Assembly (NCBI GenBank): GCA_963737655.1
Contig: CAVTTN010000002.1
Span: forward strand, 6,528,001 to 6,592,000
Direction of reading: 5' to 3'
From: an uncultured Planctomycetota bacterium
Lineage (GTDB): Bacteria; Planctomycetota; Planctomycetia; Isosphaerales; Isosphaeraceae
Length of the DNA: 64,000 nt
A model generated the notes under the pieces. The model had not been told where the DNA came from. It searched no databases and saw only the letters and a list, made by a program, of their open reading frames with translations. A program made the position numbers and the translations under genes. Positions 58,509-64,000 of the stretch are shown here, in pieces (position 1 is the first letter of the stretch; each line of letters opens with the position of its first letter).

Positions 58509-59579
58509 GTGGGAATCACGGTCAAGAACCTCTCGAAGCGTTTCGGCGATTTCCACGCCGTCGACGGCGTCTCGTTCGACGTGCCGAGCGGCGAGCTCGT
58601 GGCGTTGCTCGGGCCGTCGGGCTCGGGCAAGAGCACCATCCTGCGGATCATCGCGGGGCTGGAGCCGGCCGATTCGGGGTCGGTCGAGCTCACGGGCGAG
58701 GACGCCACGAACCTGCCCGTGCAGAGGCGAGGCGTCGGGTTCGTCTTCCAGCATTACGCGCTGTTCCGTCACATGACGATCCGCCAGAACATCGCCTTCG
58801 GCCTGGAGATCCAGGGATTGAAGCGCGATGAGGTGAAGGCGAGGGTGGACGAGCTCCTGGAGCTGGTCCAGTTGTCGGGATACGCCGGTCGGTATCCGTC
58901 GCAGCTCTCCGGCGGGCAGAGGCAGAGGGTCGCCCTGGCTCGCGCGCTGGCCCCTCGGCCGAAGGTGCTCCTCCTGGATGAGCCGTTCGGGGCTTTGGAT
59001 TCGAAGGTCCGCGAGGAGCTTCGCGCGTGGCTGAGGAAGCTTCACGACGAGGTCCACGTCACCAGCCTCTTCGTGACCCACGACCAGCAGGAAGCGTTCG
59101 AGGTCTCCGACCAGGTCGTCGTGCTCAACAAGGGGAAAGTTGAGCAGATGGGCCCTCCTCAGGAGCTTTACGAGCACCCGGCCACGCCGTTCGTGACCGA
59201 GTTCCTCGGGACGGTGAACGTTCTGAAGGTGGAGACGGTCCTGGGGATCGACCAGGCCGACGACGAGCGCCCCCTGGCGATGGACATCCACGGCGGCGAC
59301 GGGCCGATGACCATCTACGTCCGCCCCCACGACCTGGACGTGACCCGCCATCGCAACGGCCGACCCGCCTGGCCGGCGACGATCTCGCGGCTGACCCCCC
59401 TGGGAGGAACCGTCCGGCTCGACCTGAACCTGCAGGACGGCACGGCCCTCCTCGTCGAGTTGACGCGCAAGAGGTCCCAGGAGCTCGCCCTGAGCCGGGG
59501 GGACGACGTGTTCGTGTCGCCGAAAGACCTGAAAGTCTTCCACGAATCCGGGGCCTTCGTGGAAAACTATGTTATCTGA
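58509..59579 (+). CDS. cysA: Sulfate ABC transporter ATPase CysA
   Basis: [37 protein letters not shown]-like tail. Confidence 0.95.
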   Translation: MGITVKNLSKRFGDFHAVDGVSFDVPSGELVALLGPSGSGKSTILRIIAGLEPADSGSVELTGEDATNLPVQRRGVGFVFQHYALFRHMTIRQNIAFGLEIQGLKRDEVKARVDELLELVQLSGYAGRYPSQLSGGQRQRVALARALAPRPKVLLLDEPFGALDSKVREELRAWLRKLHDEVHVTSLFVTHDQQEAFEVSDQVVVLNKGKVEQMGPPQELYEHPATPFVTEFLGTVNVLKVETVLGIDQADDERPLAMDIHGGDGPMTIYVRPHDLDVTRHRNGRPAWPATISRLTPLGGTVRLDLNLQDGTALLVELTRKRSQELALSRGDDVFVSPKDLKVFHESGAFVENYVI

Positions 59580-59647
59580 ATAGAATGGGCGGCGCCGGAG
59601 CGGGACGGTCCGAAGCGGGCCCCGCCCCCTCTCGGGAGCCTTCCGCG

Positions 59648-60283
59648 ATGCCCGCCCTCTGGAACACTCATGCCTGGGACGCCATGTTCCGCCTGCCCGA
59701 GGCGATGCCCGTCCTGGAAAAAGTCCTCCGGCCGATCGTCGTCTACGTCTTCCTTGTGATCCTCCTCCGGGTCTTCGGCAAGAGGCAGCTCGCCCAGCTC
59801 AACCCGTTCGACCTCGTGGTGTTGCTCTCGCTGGCCAACACGGTCCAGAACGCGATCATCGGCGAGGATAGCTCGCTCCTGGGAGGGATGATCGGGGCCG
59901 TCTCGCTCTGCGTGGTGAACTACTGCGTGATCCGATTCCTGTTCCGGCACCGCAGCCTCGACCAGATCCTCGAAGGGACGCCGACGGTCCTGATCGACGA
60001 GGGGAAGCTCGTGCCGAGAGGCCTGGCCCGCGAGCTTCTCACGGAGTCCGAGCTCCTCTCGGTGGCCCACCGCCAGGGGTTCGCCTCGCTCGACGAGATC
60101 GAGAGCTGCGTGCTCGAACCCGGAGGGACCTTCTTCATCCAGGGCAAGAAGCCCCGCCTTGGCGAGAGACACCACGGCGAACTCCTGGCACACCTCGAGG
60201 CGCTTTCGAGGCAGGTGGAGGAAATCCGGGCCCTGATCGGGCGGGGGGACAAATTGCGGGCGGAACCTTTTCCCCCGAGTTGA
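59648..60283 (+). CDS. DUF421/YetF family membrane protein
   Basis: GKRQLAQLNPFDLV, GTPTVLIDEG, LEPGG. Confidence 0.9.
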   Translation: MPALWNTHAWDAMFRLPEAMPVLEKVLRPIVVYVFLVILLRVFGKRQLAQLNPFDLVVLLSLANTVQNAIIGEDSSLLGGMIGAVSLCVVNYCVIRFLFRHRSLDQILEGTPTVLIDEGKLVPRGLARELLTESELLSVAHRQGFASLDEIESCVLEPGGTFFIQGKKPRLGERHHGELLAHLEALSRQVEEIRALIGRGDKLRAEPFPPS

Positions 60284-60377
60284 AATCCGCCTCGGGTCCA
60301 CATCCGCGGCCGATCGATCGATCGAGGGTCGGGGGTTGCGCCCGACTGCCCCGGGCGACGGAGCGCGTCCTTCCCTC

Positions 60378-60464
60378 GGAATCCCGACCATCGCCGGCAT
60401 CATCGACCGGCGTATCCTGGTGAATCCTCGCGTCGATCCGGGCGTCCTCGCCGCTGCGTCCTGA
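60378..60464 (+). pseudogene. Remnant of a DUF2071-like gene N-terminus
   Basis: Translates as GIPTIAGIIDRRILVNPRVDPGVLAAAS*, with no start codon. Confidence 0.5.
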
Positions 60465-60527
60465 GTCGGAAGCGGATCGATCACGGTTGGGCCGGGCGCG
60501 ATGGCCTGTCTCGCGGTGCGAACGAGA

Positions 60528-60566
60528 GGGCGGTGGCAGCCCAGGGGCCCTGAGCCGACACCGCCC
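60528..60566. terminator. Hairpin downstream of ahcY
   Basis: GGGCGGTG...CACCGCCC. Confidence 0.5.
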
Positions 60567-60602
60567 GATTTCCTCTTTTCACTCAGGACGACCCAATCCC
60601 GA

Positions 60603-61997
<1,395 letters not shown>

Positions 61998-62309
61998 TCA
62001 GCGGCCGGTCGAGAGCAGGCGGAGCGTCTTGCGTCGTTCCCAGTCGAGCCAGTCGAGCGGCTCGGGCCGGGCCGGCGGCGACGGGGCCATGTTGACAAAA
62101 TGCGACAAGGTCGCACCCAGGGCGCGGGCCGGGGTGGGCTCGTCCGGGGCAATCACGCGGGCCAGAGCCTCCAGGCGAGCCCAGTCGGATTCGGGCATCG
62201 CGATGCGCACGGATCGACTGGTCCAGGCTTGTGGCAGAATTGGATGGATGGAGCGGAGGCCCCGATTCTGGTCGGGCGAGCGTCGTCGCCCCAGGCGATC
62301 TCGTTCCAT
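61998..62309 (-). CDS. Small hypothetical protein, ribbon-helix-helix-like (start uncertain)
   Basis: SRSVRIAMPESDWARLEALARV strand-helix pattern. Confidence 0.45.
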   Translation of the reverse strand: MERDRLGRRRSPDQNRGLRSIHPILPQAWTSRSVRIAMPESDWARLEALARVIAPDEPTPARALGATLSHFVNMAPSPPARPEPLDWLDWERRKTLRLLSTGR

Positions 62310-62414
62310 CGATCCTTCTCCCGGCCCGGTTCCACGACTTTGCGAGATGGTACGACGTGCGTACGCACGTGTCAAGGGCCGAGGTCCGATCGCGTCCTGA
62401 TTCTTCAACGTCGC

Positions 62415-62431
62415 CTGGCATCGGACTTGCT
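62415..62431 (+). promoter_or_regulatory. Candidate sigma54 -24/-12 promoter
   Basis: CTGGCATCGGACTTGCT (GG-N10-GC). Confidence 0.55.
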
Positions 62432-62673
62432 GGGGGACGGTGAGGTCCGCCACGCTCGTGTCACTTCATGAGTATCAGGCCGGTGAATGTAGAGCATGTG
62501 CGAATTGCGCCGGCCAGATCTGAGCAACTAACCAAGCTTGGATATTCCCATTGAAGTGCGCTCCATCGCGTTGCTAGAGTGGGCCGTCCCGGTCGGAATG
62601 CCGGGCCAGGCCGGGAGGTCGGGCCGGCGTGACCGATCGGGGATCAACACCGTTTTCCGGAAGGAGACAGCGC

Positions 62674-63294
62674 ATGAGAGTGTCCAGGATCGTCTTGGCC
62701 GCGGGCGTCCTCGCCGCGATGGCCGCCTCGGCCAGGGCCGACTTTGTCCCGGCGTACGACTCCACGCCCCCGGTGGGCACGCCCAGCAATGTGTTCTATT
62801 ACAGCCTGAACTTCAGCAGCGCCCCGGACCCCGGTAACGGCGGCGCGCCGATCGACACCCTCGTCGCCGGCGACCAGATCACGATCTACGACGTGAAGGG
62901 CTTGACCAGCCTGTCCCAGATCAGCCTCACCGGCCCGTTCAGCGCCACCGTTCAGTACACGGGCCTGACGCCGTCGGGCCTTGCGCCCAGCGACGACCCG
63001 ACGATCGAGAACGTCACGATCACGTACACCGGGGCGGCGCACGTCACGTCAGACACCCCGTTCACCGACGCCCTGAAGATCACCGACCCGGGCTACTCCG
63101 GGGTGGTCCTGGGCACTTTCACCAGCACCGACGAGAAGACCTCGGGCCCGGCAACAGGTACGACCCTGAAGACCCTGGGCGGCGTTTCGATCCCTAACGC
63201 CGTGCCCGAGCCGGCTTCGCTGACCTTGATGGGCCTGGGCCTCGCCGGGGCTGCCGCCCTGAAGCGCCGACGCGCCCGGAAGGCCCAGGCCTGA
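62674..63294 (+). CDS. PEP-CTERM sorting domain protein
   Basis: AAGGAG RBS, signal peptide ending ARA, VPEPASLTLMGLGLAGAAALKRRR. Confidence 0.92.
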   Translation: MRVSRIVLAAGVLAAMAASARADFVPAYDSTPPVGTPSNVFYYSLNFSSAPDPGNGGAPIDTLVAGDQITIYDVKGLTSLSQISLTGPFSATVQYTGLTPSGLAPSDDPTIENVTITYTGAAHVTSDTPFTDALKITDPGYSGVVLGTFTSTDEKTSGPATGTTLKTLGGVSIPNAVPEPASLTLMGLGLAGAAALKRRRARKAQA

Positions 63295-63457
63295 GCGATC
63301 GGTTAACGCCTCCTGGCATCGCGTGATCGATCCGCGCCCCCGAAACCATGCCACAGGCCAAGGCCCGGCCTGGCACCGACCTCTCATCGTGAGGCCGCGC
63401 TCACGAAGATGTGAGCGAATCCCATCCCCAAGGGCCGAATCGGCCTGCCTGCCCCGA

Positions 63458-64000
63458 TCATCGCGGATCAACGAACCCTCGGGCGGCCCGGACGAAGGCC
63501 CGGACGAGTGCGGCCGCCTTGCGCCCCGGCTCGACCTCGACGCCGCTGGCCACATCCACCATCCACGGCCGGGCCCGGGCCGCACGATCGGCCACGTTGA
63601 TTGGCGAGAGTCCTCCGGCAAGGATCACACGAGGGAGTCGATCGGCCCAGCTCGGCAGGCGGTCCAGGAGGGCCTCGGGGATCGTCCGGCCGGTCCCCCC
63701 GAACTTCCCGTCGACCCGGGCGTCGAGCAAAACCGCCTCCAGGGGATGCCCGAGGTCACGAGCCGTTTCCGCAAAGGCCGCGACTTCGGCCAGGTCGGCC
63801 TCCTCGGCGACCCGGAACGCCCGGACGACCCGGAGGCCGGCCAGCCCGGCAACGGCCTCGGGCGGCTCGTCGCCGTGAAGCTGGACGACCCGGAGGCCGA
63901 GCGCCTCGGCGACGGCCCGGACCTCCGCCGGGCGTCGATTCACGAACAGGCCGACCGGCTCGACCGTCGTCGCGAGCGAGGCGAGGATCGCCCGGGCCCG
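63458..64000 (-). CDS. trpF: Phosphoribosylanthranilate isomerase (5' end outside the window)
   Basis: VGLFVN, VQLHGDE, LLDA, GGTG, LAGGL, VDVASGVE. Confidence 0.93.
   Translation of the reverse strand, partial: RARAILASLATTVEPVGLFVNRRPAEVRAVAEALGLRVVQLHGDEPPEAVAGLAGLRVVRAFRVAEEADLAEVAAFAETARDLGHPLEAVLLDARVDGKFGGTGRTIPEALLDRLPSWADRLPRVILAGGLSPINVADRAARARPWMVDVASGVEVEPGRKAAALVRAFVRAARGFVDPR

Overview
A high-GC chromosomal window from a planctomycete, most likely Isosphaeraceae-like. The markers are the DUF1552/PSD-cytochrome pair, a PVC-type CxxCH protein, TIGR03067 proteins, an LEPRxLL-type ELWxxDGT protein, PEP-CTERM proteins and an ECF sigma/Ser-Thr kinase pair. Bases 1-26 kb are accessory: esterases, oxidoreductases, a sulfatase, EfpL and a secreted repeat protein. 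Bases 26-64 kb are mostly core: rnc, deoC, tRNA-Pro, parAB with three parS sites, pncB, tRNA-Glu, csrA, membrane glycosylation genes, pyrE, an Rrf2-sulfate ABC operon, ahcY and trpF. Many genes are broken by 1-2 nt indels, mostly in G/C runs, which looks like uncorrected long-read error rather than real decay. No CRISPR array, transposase or prophage was seen. The best leads are: (1) an SdpAB/HTTM-like pair plus a small CxxC protein, divergent from a gene for a (x-C-Y-G-G)n Cys/Tyr/Gly-rich protein with a Pro-Ala tail; (2) a ChpT-like degenerate histidine kinase downstream of parAB; (3) two parS sites sharing a 26-bp identical extended sequence; (4) a membrane-protein gene inserted between cysT and cysW; (5) a REP-like inverted pair with compensatory base changes; (6) an RHH-like gene just upstream of ahcY. 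All family assignments come from motif recognition by eye; no database search was run.
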